Source: an uncultured Actinomycetota bacterium | Lineage (GTDB): Bacteria > Actinomycetota > Actinomycetes > Propionibacteriales > Nocardioidaceae | DNA: 64,000 bases | NCBI GenBank assembly: GCA_963767095.1 | Contig: CAVYCK010000011.1 | Coordinates: forward strand, 64,199-128,198 | Direction of reading: 5' to 3' | Part shown: one piece after another, positions 52,661-62,414 of the stretch | Numbering within the stretch: the stretch's first letter is position 1 | Layout: every line of letters starts with the position of its first letter | The notes under the pieces: generated by a model | Database searches by the model: none | What the model was told of the DNA's origin: nothing | What the model saw: only the letters and a program-made list of their open reading frames with translations | Program-made: the position numbers and the translations under genes

Positions 52661-53470
52661 ATGCCCGTGAGGCCGCAGGTGGTCGCGCACCGCGGGGCGA
52701 GTCATGACACCGCCGAGCACACGCTCGGCGCCTACGTGAAGGCGCTCGACCAGGGTGCCGAGGCCCTCGAGTGCGACGTCCGGCTCACCGCCGACGGCCA
52801 CCTGGTGTGCGTGCACGACCGCGACCTGCGGCGTACGGCGTCGACGCGCGGGCTGGTCTCGACCATGGACCTCGCCGAGCTCGACCAGCTCGACTTCGCC
52901 TCGTGGAAGAACCCGTGGGCCGACCTCGACGACGAGGCCCAGGACCTCGACCTCGAGCTCGGCCGCGTGCTCACCCTGCGCCGCCTCCTCGAGGTGGCCT
53001 CCGACTACGACCGGCGGGTCGAGCTGGCGATCGAGACCAAGCATCCGACGCGGTACGCCGGACTCGTCGAGCGGCGCCTGGCCGAGACGCTCGCGGCGTT
53101 CGGCTGGACCGGGCCCGGTGCGCCCGTGCGGGTGATGAGCTTCTCCTACACGGCCCTGCAACGGATGCGGCGGCTCACCCCCGACGTGGCCCTGGTGATC
53201 CTGATCGAGAAGAAGCGGCACTGGCCGATGCTGCAGGGCGTGATCGGCGACGACTGGATCCTCGGACCCGGTGTCGACCTGCTGCGCGAGTCGCCCGCCT
53301 TCGCGAAGCGGCTCGCCAACACCGGCCGCGACATCCACGTGTGGACGGTCAACACCGCCGCGGACCTCGAGGTCTGCCGGCGGTACGGCGTCAAGGCCGT
53401 GATCACCGACCGCCCCGGCATGATGATCGATCTGCTGGATGCGGGCTCGGCGGCGGCGCCCGGCAGCTGA
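52661..53470 (+). CDS. Glycerophosphodiester phosphodiesterase
   Basis: AHRGAS, EHT, ECDVRLT, HD, IETK, VWTVN, ITDRP. Confidence 0.9.
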   Translation: MPVRPQVVAHRGASHDTAEHTLGAYVKALDQGAEALECDVRLTADGHLVCVHDRDLRRTASTRGLVSTMDLAELDQLDFASWKNPWADLDDEAQDLDLELGRVLTLRRLLEVASDYDRRVELAIETKHPTRYAGLVERRLAETLAAFGWTGPGAPVRVMSFSYTALQRMRRLTPDVALVILIEKKRHWPMLQGVIGDDWILGPGVDLLRESPAFAKRLANTGRDIHVWTVNTAADLEVCRRYGVKAVITDRPGMMIDLLDAGSAAAPGS

Positions 53471-53572
53471 CTGGCGCGGCGCTGTGGTCGGTTAGTGCGT
53501 GGCCAGCCACCCCCTAAGCGACCACACCCCCGCACCAGTCGGTGGCCACGGGCTGCCCGATAGGTTCGCGGC

Positions 53573-54523
53573 ATGGCGAAGCGCTCCCGCAGCAAGTCCC
53601 GCACCCCATCGTCCGCGGCCCCGGCCGAGGGCGCGGTCGGGCCCCGTCAGCCGTGCCCCTGCGGGTCGGGACGCCGCTACAAGCACTGCCACGGATCGGC
53701 CGACGGCGGCGCCGAGGTCTACGTCGCCCGGCCGTTCGAGGGACTGCCCGGCGAGCGCGACGTGGTCGCCCTGCGCGAGCTCGTGCCGTCGGCGACCGCT
53801 CCGCTGACGCTCAAGGACCCGGCGTACGCCGGCCGCGAGGTCCTGCTCGGCACCCTGCTCCCGACGGCCGCCCCCGCGATGGTGCGCGACTCGGGAGCCG
53901 TGTGGCTCGGTCTCCAGGTGCAGCACAACTTCGGTGACCCCGCGCGCGACCTCGGGGCGGTGCTGCTCAAGGCACTCGACGCCGAGCCCGGCGTCGTCGG
54001 GCTCACCGACTCTCCGGGCGCCGGCCCGCGCCTGCAGGACCTGGTCGCCGGCGACGACCTCGACGTCACCGTCCACGACGGCTTCGCCTGGTGGGTCGCC
54101 GACGTCGACGACCAGTCCGCAGAGCTGCAGGCCGCCCTCGAGCAGGCCGACGCCTCAGCCTCGCCGAGCTCCCGGCTGAGCTCGGTCGACGCGGCGTACT
54201 GGACCGATGTGACCACCAAGGAGCACCTGCGCTGGGTGCTCCCGGAGCCCGAGGCCGACGCGCTCGACGCGCTGGCGCGGCTGCACGCGGCCGGCCGCGA
54301 CCACCTCGTCCCGGACTCTCGGCTCGTCGGGATGTTCCGCGCCCACGGTCTTCTGGTGCCGGTCTGGGACCTCGAGGTCGGCACCGGCGCGGAGGCGCTG
54401 GAGGAGCCTGCGGCGGCGTTCCGCAAGGCCCTCGACGAGGCGCTGGCGGAGACCGCACCACTGTCGTCGGAGGAGCGTTCGGCCCGGAACGGACTGGCCA
54501 ACCGGCAGGTTACGATCCGGTAA
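53573..54523 (+). CDS. SEC-C motif protein (DUF5926-like)
   Basis: PCPCGSGRRYKHCHG; RPFEGL; FRAHGLLVPVWDL; GLANRQVTIR. Confidence 0.82.
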   Translation: MAKRSRSKSRTPSSAAPAEGAVGPRQPCPCGSGRRYKHCHGSADGGAEVYVARPFEGLPGERDVVALRELVPSATAPLTLKDPAYAGREVLLGTLLPTAAPAMVRDSGAVWLGLQVQHNFGDPARDLGAVLLKALDAEPGVVGLTDSPGAGPRLQDLVAGDDLDVTVHDGFAWWVADVDDQSAELQAALEQADASASPSSRLSSVDAAYWTDVTTKEHLRWVLPEPEADALDALARLHAAGRDHLVPDSRLVGMFRAHGLLVPVWDLEVGTGAEALEEPAAAFRKALDEALAETAPLSSEERSARNGLANRQVTIR

Positions 54524-54620
54524 ACGGACGACGAGAACCGACCTTCGGAACCCTCCCGCAAACCTTTGCCAAACAGTTCGCGGCTGTTGTGCAACGGTCA
54601 ACCATCCCGTAGGTTTTGAT

Positions 54621-54672
54621 GCGCCCGGTCGTTGTTGCCTCCCCCGTCAGCAACGACCGGGCGCTGCTATTT
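54621..54672 (+). ncRNA. Candidate single-hairpin sRNA with C-rich loop
   Basis: TTGTGC-17-TAGGTT promoter (54587-54615), then a 17-bp stem, loop CCTCCCCCGT and a TGCTATTT tail; no downstream + strand gene. Confidence 0.45.
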
Positions 54673-54705
54673 CCGGGGCAACTACCGGGGTCGCCGGGCG
54701 TGTCG

Positions 54706-55950
54706 TCAGGCCTCCAGCGGCGCCCGCGAGATGGGGCAGGACATGCACCGGGGCCCGCCGCGGCCCGAGCCCAGCTCGGACCCGGCGATCTTCACGACCT
54801 CGATGCCGGACTCCTCGAGCCGGTCGTTGGTCTCGTCGTTGCGCTCGTACGCCACAGCGACTCGCGGAGCGAGCGCGAGGGTGTTGTTGCCGTCGTCCCA
54901 CTGCTCCCGCTCGGCGGTGACGGGGTCGAGACCGGTGTCGATCTGGTGCAGCGTGTCGATCTGCATGGCCTTGGCGGCGGCCACCAGGAACGGCTCCGCC
55001 TCGGCGACGTGCAGCTCGAGGTCGGTGTCGTCGGGTGCGTCGGCGCCACCGACGAGCGTGACCGCCCAGGCCTGGAGGTGGTGGGCGACGTTGGGGTACA
55101 TCACGACCTTGTCGACATCGACCATCGTGCAGACCGTGTCGAGGTGCATGGTGGCCCGCTCCTGGGCGATCGGCACGGCGAGGACCGTGTGCGCGAGCCC
55201 GGCGTTGAAGACCTGGCGCGCCAGCCGCTCGGCGCCGGCGGGCGTCGTACGCTCCCCGACGCCGACGGCGATCACGCCCGGCGCGAGCAGCAGGACGTCG
55301 CCACCCTCGACGTGCTCGTGGTGCCAGCCGTGGATGCGCTCGGTGCCGACGAAGCGCGGGTGGCGGCTGTAGATCAGCTCGGTCAGGTGGGTCTCGCGCG
55401 ACCGCGCGGGCATCGCCAGGCTGGTGACGGCCACCCGGTCGCGGATCCAGACGCTGGAGTCACGGGTGAACAGCAGGTTGGGCAGCGGGTCGATGAGGAA
55501 GTCGTGGCTGTCGAGCAGCGAGGTCACCAGCCCGAAGCCGCCGCCGACCTCGTCGTTGCGGATGCCCGCGGTGAGGTACGTCGTCAGCTCCTCCGGCGCG
55601 GCCTCGTGCAACAGCGTGGTGAGGTAGCGGCGCAGGGTGTCGCCGATGTGCAGGCTCTCCAGCGCCTTGGTGATGGCGTCGTGGCGCGCCTCGGCCTCGG
55701 CGAAGGTCTCGGTCAGCAGGTCGGTCAGGTAGACGACCTCGACGTCCCTGGCGCGCAGGGCCTCCGCGAACGCGTCGTGCTCGTCCTGCGCCCGTGCGAC
55801 CCACGGCACCCCGTCGAACAGCAGCCGGTCGTTGTTGCGTGGCGTCAGGCGCTTCAGCTCCAGCCCGGGCCGGTGCAGCATGACCGTCTGCAGCCGGCCG
55901 ACCTCGCTGTCGGCGCCGTGGGGACGTGCTGGGTCCTTCGCGCTCACCAT
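54706..55950 (-). CDS. arcA: Arginine deiminase
   Basis: [54 protein letters not shown]. Confidence 0.95.
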   Translation of the reverse strand: MVSAKDPARPHGADSEVGRLQTVMLHRPGLELKRLTPRNNDRLLFDGVPWVARAQDEHDAFAEALRARDVEVVYLTDLLTETFAEAEARHDAITKALESLHIGDTLRRYLTTLLHEAAPEELTTYLTAGIRNDEVGGGFGLVTSLLDSHDFLIDPLPNLLFTRDSSVWIRDRVAVTSLAMPARSRETHLTELIYSRHPRFVGTERIHGWHHEHVEGGDVLLLAPGVIAVGVGERTTPAGAERLARQVFNAGLAHTVLAVPIAQERATMHLDTVCTMVDVDKVVMYPNVAHHLQAWAVTLVGGADAPDDTDLELHVAEAEPFLVAAAKAMQIDTLHQIDTGLDPVTAEREQWDDGNNTLALAPRVAVAYERNDETNDRLEESGIEVVKIAGSELGSGRGGPRCMSCPISRAPLEA

Positions 55951-56009
55951 GCGTCGGACCCTAACGTTCTCGTCGGACACTCGCACGGCCCAGGCGCCGG
56001 TCGACCGGG

Positions 56010-57030
56010 TCAGCCCGGTCGCCGGACGGCCCACGCCTCGAGGCGGGAGTACCCCTTCACCGACGTGCGCGGGATGCGCCGCAGCCGGAAGGCGCCGCCG
56101 TCGGCGTACGGCGCCGCGTCGTCCTCGTCGCCTTCCTCGTCGCCTAGGGGGGACGTCCTCAGCGCGTCGTGGGCGCCCCGGTCGGCCAGGACCGTGCCCG
56201 GCCGGGCGACGGAGGTGAGCCGGGCGGCGACGTTCACCGTCGGACCGAGCACGTCACCGAGCCGGCTGACGACGTCGCCGTAGGCCACGCCCGCGCGCAC
56301 CTGGGGGAAGTCGTCGGCGGGGTCGGCTCCGCGCTCGCAGGCGGCGAGGGCGATCTCGCAGGCCGCGGCGGGGGAGTCGGTGACGTAGAGGATCTCGTCG
56401 CCGATCGTCTTGATGACCCGGCCGCCGGCCTCGACGACGCTGCGGGTGAGCAGGTCCTCGAAGCCCTCGACCCAGGCCACCAGGTCGGTCTCGTCGAGCT
56501 GCCGGCTGCGGCCGGTGAAGCCCACGATGTCGACGAACCCGACGGCCTGGGTGACCGACGAGTCGCCGCCCTGCTCGAGCAGGCGACCGACCGCGCCGGC
56601 CAGGTGCCGGCGCCAGACGTAGGACTGGAGGCGCTCGACGTTCGGCAGCACCTGCTCGGTGAGGTCGCCGACCACCGCGGCCGGGTCGTCGTCCGTCGAC
56701 CGCGATCCGGGTGAGCAGGCCGACCTGCCACTCCGCCAACCGCGCGAAGCTGCGACCCCACGTGCGCACCAGCGCCGCCTGGCTGTCGGGCGTGAGGACG
56801 CCGAGGTCGACCAGCTCGCGGGTCAGCGCGAGCGCCTCGACGTCGGCGTCGGTGAACGCCAGGTCGTCGTCCGCTGCGTGCGGGAAGCCCAGCTGCTGCC
56901 ACAGCTCCTCGGCCTGCTCGAGCGGGACTCCGGCCTTCGCCGCCACCTCGACGCGCGTGAAGCGGAGCGAGGCGCCGAGCGCCGTCTCCTCCAGCGCCCG
57001 GACGTCGAGCCCGGCTTCCTCGCGGCCCAC
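56010..57030 (-). CDS. Class III adenylate cyclase with N-terminal regulatory domain (frameshift near 56700)
   Basis: [30 protein letters not shown] (Lys/Asp ATP specificity); N-terminal ELWQQLGF. Confidence 0.85.
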
Positions 57031-57038
57031 CGTCGTCG

Positions 57039-57410
57039 CTACGTCGTGCCGAGCCGCTCGCGGGCCGCGCGGTCGAGGGCGTCGCGGAACGCCGGGACCT
57101 GCTCGCACAGCCGTTCCAGCTGCTCGGCGGTGAAGTGGAGTGCCTGCACCGGGGTCGTGGTGACGATCGAGGCGTTGCGGAGCTTGCGGTTGACCAGGCC
57201 CGCCTCCCCGAAGACGTCGCCCGGACCGAGGGTGGCCACCTCGCGCCCGCCGCGGCGCACCGACGCCTCGCCCGAGAGCAGGATGTAGGCCTTGTCGGCG
57301 GGGGTCCTCTCGTGGATGGGCGACCAGTCCGCGGGCAGGCGGACGGCGGTCCCGGCGGCCCTGACCTGCCGGGCGTCCGTGGCTGAGAGGGCGTCGAAGA
57401 TGCCGGTCAC
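57039..57410 (-). CDS. Stand-alone cyclic-nucleotide-binding domain protein
   Basis: YILLSG, LGPGDVFGE, RNASI phosphate-binding cassette. Confidence 0.82.
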   Translation of the reverse strand: MTGIFDALSATDARQVRAAGTAVRLPADWSPIHERTPADKAYILLSGEASVRRGGREVATLGPGDVFGEAGLVNRKLRNASIVTTTPVQALHFTAEQLERLCEQVPAFRDALDRAARERLGTT

Positions 57411-57417
57411 ACCCGGA

Positions 57418-58008
57418 TCAACGCACCAGCTCGTACGCCGTTATGGCCGCCAGCACGAGACACACGCCACTTCCGACGTAGTGCAGCACGTGCAGCGAGA
57501 CCCAGCGCAGCAGCGCCCGGCCCGCGAGGCAGGCGAGCGCGCTGACCGTGAGCAGGGCGCCGAGAGCGCCGACGAACACGCTGACCGGGTCCTCGTAGCG
57601 CGCGACCAGGGTGAGCGTGAGCAGCTGGGACAGGTCGCCCCACTCGGCGGCGAAGAGCACCAGGAAGCTGGCCAGCACCGCTCGCCAGCCGGTCGCAGGG
57701 GCGGCCTTCTCGGCGTACTCGTCCTCCGCCGCGGCGTGGTGTGCGCGGCCCTCGCGGAACAGGATCACCGCGCCGACCAGGAACATCACCAGCGCCAGCA
57801 CGTGCACCGCCGTCTGCGGCAGGAACGACGCGGCGTGGCCGAGCGCGACGGCGACGACGGTCTGCACCGTGAACGCGAGGCCGACGCCGATCCAGACCAG
57901 GAGCGGCCGGTAGCGGGTGGAGAGCACCAGCGTGGCCAGGAAGGTCTTGTCGGGGAGCTCGACGATGAAGATGGCGCCGAAGGTCAGCGCCACGACCGCG
58001 AGATCCAC
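57418..58008 (-). CDS. TMEM165/GDT1-family Mn/Ca transporter
   Basis: ELPDKT and EWGDLSQ motifs. Confidence 0.88.
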   Translation of the reverse strand: MDLAVVALTFGAIFIVELPDKTFLATLVLSTRYRPLLVWIGVGLAFTVQTVVAVALGHAASFLPQTAVHVLALVMFLVGAVILFREGRAHHAAAEDEYAEKAAPATGWRAVLASFLVLFAAEWGDLSQLLTLTLVARYEDPVSVFVGALGALLTVSALACLAGRALLRWVSLHVLHYVGSGVCLVLAAITAYELVR

Positions 58009-58086
58009 CTGGACATTGTGCGGGACCGGTCCAGACCGACTGGAAACGCCGATGCGCCTCGGATGCTCGCCTGCTCCCATGGGGTG

Positions 58087-59129
58087 ATGAGGATCACGGC
58101 GTGGCCGCTCGCTGCACTCTGTGCGGCGCTGCTGACCGCCTGCTCCGAGGGTGAGCCGTCGGCGGAGCGCGACGCCGCACCGTCCGACACGGCCACGTCG
58201 TCGCCGTCGTCGTCGTCGCCGTCGCCGAGTCCGGGGAGATCGGCGCCGACGGGCTGCCGGTGCCGATCAGCGTGGCCGATGCCGGCGGGGAGTCGATCGA
58301 CGCCGGGCCGGAGAACGACTTCGCGATCGCCGCCGACGGCGGGATCTGGGTGACGGGTGTGCCGCCGGGCATCGTGCGGTACGACGCCGCGTCGGGCGAG
58401 ATCACGCACGAGATCCGGCTGTCGTCCGCTGTCGTCCAGGGACTCGACGCGACCGCCGGCCGGGTCTGGGTCACCGGCCTGGAGCCCGACGTGCTCCTGA
58501 CCGTCGACGAGACGACGGGAGAGGTCGTCGACCGGGTCGACCTGCCGGCCGCGCCTGTGCCGGAGTCCTCGGTGGCCGCCCACGGTGACGACGCCTGGGT
58601 GCTGGTCGACCACGACGCGCCGCGGATCGTGCGCGTCGACACGGCGTCGGGCCGGATCACCCCGCTGCCGGCGCTGGAGGGCCCGGTGGCGCTGCGCTAC
58701 GGGGCCGGGTCGCTGTGGGTGTCGACGTACGACAGCGTCGAGCGTCTCGACCCCGCCACGGGCCGGGTGCAGTCGTCGATCACGACCGGACCCGGATCGA
58801 GCTTCCTGACGTTCGACTCCGGCGCGGTGTGGGTGCTCGGCCAGCTCGACGGGACCGTCTACCGCGTCGACGCCGACACCGAGGAGGTGACGGCCATCGC
58901 GACGTCCGACGTGAGCGTCAACGGCGGTGACATCGCCGCGAGCGACGGCTTCGTGTGGTCGCGCACCTGGGAGGGCGTGACCGTCGTCGATGTCGCGACG
59001 AACACGGCGGTGGCCAGGATCGAGACCGAGGGCGGGAGCGGCAGCGTCGCGGCCGCCGACGGCTGGCTGTGGATCACCGACCACGACCACTCCGCGGTCC
59101 ACCGGGTGCCGTGGCCGCCGCCCGCGTGA
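58087..59129 (+). CDS. Beta-propeller lipoprotein (Vgb/YncE-like; frameshift near 58245)
   Basis: Lipobox LLTAC, Ser/Pro linker, repeated GxxWV..(R)xD..TG blades. Confidence 0.7.
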
Positions 59130-59130
59130 C

Positions 59131-59955
59131 TCAGCCCGCCTGCGCCGTCGCCTCGCGTGCGGCGGCGACGGCGGCCAGCGCCGGTGCCGGGTCGGGGTCC
59201 TCGCCCGTCGGCTGGAAGGCCAGCGTCGTGGCACCGGCGGCGACGAGCTCGCGCGCCCGCGTTGCCGGGTCGCCATCGAGCCCGACGTACGCCACGACCT
59301 CGAAGGGGCGGTCGGCCAACGGTCCGGCGGCGCGAGCCTCGAGGACGATCCCGAGCGACCGTGCGACCCGCTCGCCCGAGAGGTCCTGGTGGGTCGTCGT
59401 CGCCGTCGTCGAGCACCACGCCGTCGGCGAGCTCGCCGGCCAGGGCCAGGGTCTTGTCGCCGCGGGCGCCGACGAGCAGCGGCGGCACGCCGTCCCGGCC
59501 GGGGGCCAGTCGAGGGCGACGTCGTCGAGGTGGACGTAGCGGCCGTCGATCGTGACGCGCTCGCCGTGCAGGAGTGAGCGGACGGCGCCGGCGTGCTCGC
59601 GCAGCAGGGTGAGCGGGGAGGCGGCCCGGACGCCCGTCTGGCTCATCCAGTCGAGGACGCCGTGGCCGACCGCCGGCGCGAAGCGGCCGGGGAAGAACCG
59701 CGCGAGCGCCGCGATCTCCATGGCAGCCAGCGCGGGGTTGCGGAACGGCACCGGCATCAGGCCGAGTCCGACCCGAAGGTTGTCCGACCAGGCAAGGGCG
59801 GAGGCCGAGGCGGCGATCCCGCCGGTGAGGAAGCAGTCCTCCCAGAGCCACACGTCGTCGACGCCGGCCGCGTCGCAGCGGCGTACGGCCTCGCGCAGCC
59901 GCTCCGGTGCGATCTGCGGGCGGAGGACGACGCCGAGACGCGGCCTGCTGGTCAT
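59131..59955 (-). CDS. LLM-class flavin-dependent oxidoreductase (frameshifts near 59390-59490)
   Basis: DDVWLWEDCF, PFRNPALAAMEIA, PGRF..GHG, GARGDKTL..AGELADG. Confidence 0.8.
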   Translation of the reverse strand: MTSRPRLGVVLRPQIAPERLREAVRRCDAAGVDDVWLWEDCFLTGGIAASASALAWSDNLRVGLGLMPVPFRNPALAAMEIAALARFFPGRFAPAVGHGVLDWMSQTGVRAASPLTLLREHAGAVRSLLHGERVTIDGRYVHLDDVALDWPPAGTACRRCSSAPAATRPWPWPASSPTAWCSTTATTTHQDLSGERVARSLGIVLEARAAGPLADRPFEVVAYVGLDGDPATRARELVAAGATTLAFQPTGEDPDPAPALAAVAAAREATAQAG

Positions 59956-60803
59956 TCCCGGCGCCCCGGGTCGGCGGGGTAGACGCCGAGGATCCGCACG
60001 TCGGTGGTGAAGAACTCCAGCTCCTCGAGCGCCCGGCGTACGCCGTCGTCGTCGGGGTGCCCGTCGACCTCCGCGAGGAACTGGGTGGCCGCGAAGTGCC
60101 CGCCGACCATGTAGCTCTCGAGCTTGGTCATGTTGACGCCGTTGGTGGCGAACCCGCCGAGCGCCTTGTAGAGCGCCGCAGGCAGGTTGCGGACGTTGAA
60201 GACGAACGAGGTCACGACCGGCCCGTTGCCCTGGGCGGCGCGGACGAGATCGCGGGACAGGACGACGAACCGCGTCGTGTTGTGGTCCTCGTCCTCGACG
60301 TCGTCGGCGAGGATCTCGAGACCGTAGATCGCCGCTGCGAGCGGTGGCGCGATCGCCGCCTGGGTCGGGTCGCCGGCCTCGGCGACCTCGCGCGCAGCAC
60401 CGGCGGTGTCGCCGGAGATCACGGGCTGCAGGTCGTGCTCGCGGATGATCCGCCGGCACTGGCCGAGCGCGTGCACGTGGCTGTGCACCGTCTTGATGGT
60501 CTGGGTGGTCGCGCCGGGCAGCGCCATCAGCGCGAACCGGATGCGGAGGAAGTGCTCGCCGATGATGTGCAGGCTGGAGGTCGGCAGGAAGTGGTGGATG
60601 TCGGCGACGCGGCCGGCCAGGCTGTTGTCGATCGGGATCAGCGCGAGGTCGGCCTGGTGGTTCTCCACCGCTGCGAAGACGTCCTCGAACGACGCGCACG
60701 CCATCGCCTCCCAGTCGGGGTAGGCCTCGGTGCACACCAGGTGGGAGTTGGAGCCCGGCTCGCCCTGGTAGGCGATGCGTCCGGTCTCTCGCGCGGTCGT
60801 CAC
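59952..60803 (-). CDS. pheA: Prephenate dehydratase
   Basis: AYQGEPGSNSH, PIDNS, HSHVHALGQC, NTTRF, NMTKLES, ILGVYP. Confidence 0.93.
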   Translation of the reverse strand: MTTARETGRIAYQGEPGSNSHLVCTEAYPDWEAMACASFEDVFAAVENHQADLALIPIDNSLAGRVADIHHFLPTSSLHIIGEHFLRIRFALMALPGATTQTIKTVHSHVHALGQCRRIIREHDLQPVISGDTAGAAREVAEAGDPTQAAIAPPLAAAIYGLEILADDVEDEDHNTTRFVVLSRDLVRAAQGNGPVVTSFVFNVRNLPAALYKALGGFATNGVNMTKLESYMVGGHFAATQFLAEVDGHPDDDGVRRALEELEFFTTDVRILGVYPADPGRRE

Positions 60804-60884
60804 GTGCGCCAGTTTCCCACGTCGTACGCCGCGCCCCGGCGCTGCGCTCCTCTCGTGGGCGCTCTTCTCCTTAGGGTCGTGCGC

Positions 60885-61286
60885 ATGCCCACCGTGCTCG
60901 CCGTCATCGCCCTCGTGCTCGCGCTGGTGGCCGTGGTCTTCTCCGTGATCTCGCTGCGCAGGCAGGCGTCTGCGCGCCGGCGTCTCGGCGTCGACGCGCT
61001 GCCCGAGGACGTGCACGGTCTGCGGCAGGAGGTGGCGGCCCTGCGCGCCGAGGGCGCGGACGCCCTGCGCCACCTCGCGGTCGTGCGCTACGACGCCTTC
61101 GGCGACATGGGCGGCCACCTCTCGTGGTCGCTGGCGCTGCTCGACCAGGCCGGCCACGGCGTCGTGCTCACCTCGATCGCCGGCCGGTCCGACAGCCGCT
61201 CCTACGCCAAGTCGGTCTCCGCCTGGTCCTCCGACCAGCAGCTCTCGCCCGAGGAGGAAGAGGCGATCGCCAACGCGCGGCCCTGA
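60885..61286 (+). CDS. DUF4446-like membrane protein
   Basis: N-terminal TM segment; VVRYDAFGDMGGHLSWSLALLD..G.G..LTSI..R..SRSYAK. Confidence 0.8.
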   Translation: MPTVLAVIALVLALVAVVFSVISLRRQASARRRLGVDALPEDVHGLRQEVAALRAEGADALRHLAVVRYDAFGDMGGHLSWSLALLDQAGHGVVLTSIAGRSDSRSYAKSVSAWSSDQQLSPEEEEAIANARP

Positions 61287-61408
61287 GGGCTGTCACCTGC
61301 TCAGCTGGGCGGCCCGGCCCACGTCCACAGACCCACCCGGGCGGGAGCCGTCCACAGCGGCGCTGCGGGCACCCGATGCGGGAGGCGTGGTACGCCGACC
61401 CTGGCCGG

Positions 61409-62414
61409 ATGCGTCCTCGGCTCCTGGGTCTGATGGCCCGCCAGCACGGTCTGGTGGCCGGCCGCCAGGCGACCGCGCACGACCTCACGCCTCGACAGGT
61501 CGCGCGGCTGGTGAGCGACGGCAGCTGGGTGCGCGTCCGGCGGGGTGTGTACGCCGACGGCGAGGTGTGGGCCGCGGCCGACCCGCTCCGCGGCCGGCCC
61601 CTGCTGCGCCTGCGCGCGGCTCACCTGGTGCTCGAGCTCGACCACTGGTTCAGCCACGACTCGGCGGCGCTGCTGCACGGGATCGGGCTGCTCCCGCCGG
61701 CCGGCGAGCTCATCCACGTCACCCGGCCGCGTGTCGTCGGCGACCGGACCAAGGCCGGCATCAAGCACCACGGCGCGCGCTTCTGGCCGCACCAGACGGT
61801 GCTCGTGGAGGAGCTGCCGTGCCTCGACCTGGCCCGCACCGCCGTGGACGTGGCGCGCGAGCACGGGTTCACCAACGGCGTAGCGGCCTGCGACGCGGTG
61901 CTGCGCCGCGGCGTACCCCGCTCCGCCCTCGAGGACGCCGTCGCCGCGATGTCGAGCTGGCGCCACGTGCGCAGCGTTCGCGAGATCGTCGCGATGGCCG
62001 ACCCTGGGGCGGCCAACGCGTTCGAGTCGGCCGAGCCGGGTGCTGGTCCTCGAGCTCGGCATCGGCCGGCCGATCGTCGACGCCGGCCTCACCGACGGCC
62101 ACCGGACCGTGTGGTGCCCGCTGCGGGTCGGGCGGCACGTCTTCGAGCTCGACGGTCGGCGTGAGTCCGTCGCCCACGCCGACGGCGGCCTGGCGGACGA
62201 TCCCGCGCAGGCTCTGGGGGCGGAGCAGCAGCGCCAGGACGTCGTCACCAGCTTCAAGCTCGGCGTCTCGCGGATCACCTACGCCGACCTCTTCTCGGGC
62301 CGCGCCGCCGCCAAGGCCCGGCTGCTGCGGGAGTACGCCGACACCTGCCGCCGCTTCGGCACCGACGTCCGCGACCTGGCGCGCTACAGCGTGCGCCGGA
62401 CCCGGTCCGTGTAA
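61409..62414 (+). CDS. AbiEi-like (type IV antitoxin N-terminal domain) protein with probable PD-(D/E)XK-like C-terminus (frameshift near 62035)
   Basis: QHGLV..WVRVRRGVY, SHDSAALLHG, ARTAVDVAR, FES, FELDG, EQQRQD, RITYADL. Confidence 0.75.

Noticed and set aside
56010-57410. Pycsar/CBASS-like defence pair (cyclase plus cNMP domain)
   Set aside because: The cyclase has ATP-specifying residues and a typical actinobacterial regulatory N-terminus, the cNMP protein lacks a TIR or TM effector, and the context looks like core genome.
61409-62414. Complete type IV toxin-antitoxin (AbiE) system
   Set aside because: No AbiEii nucleotidyltransferase toxin is adjacent.
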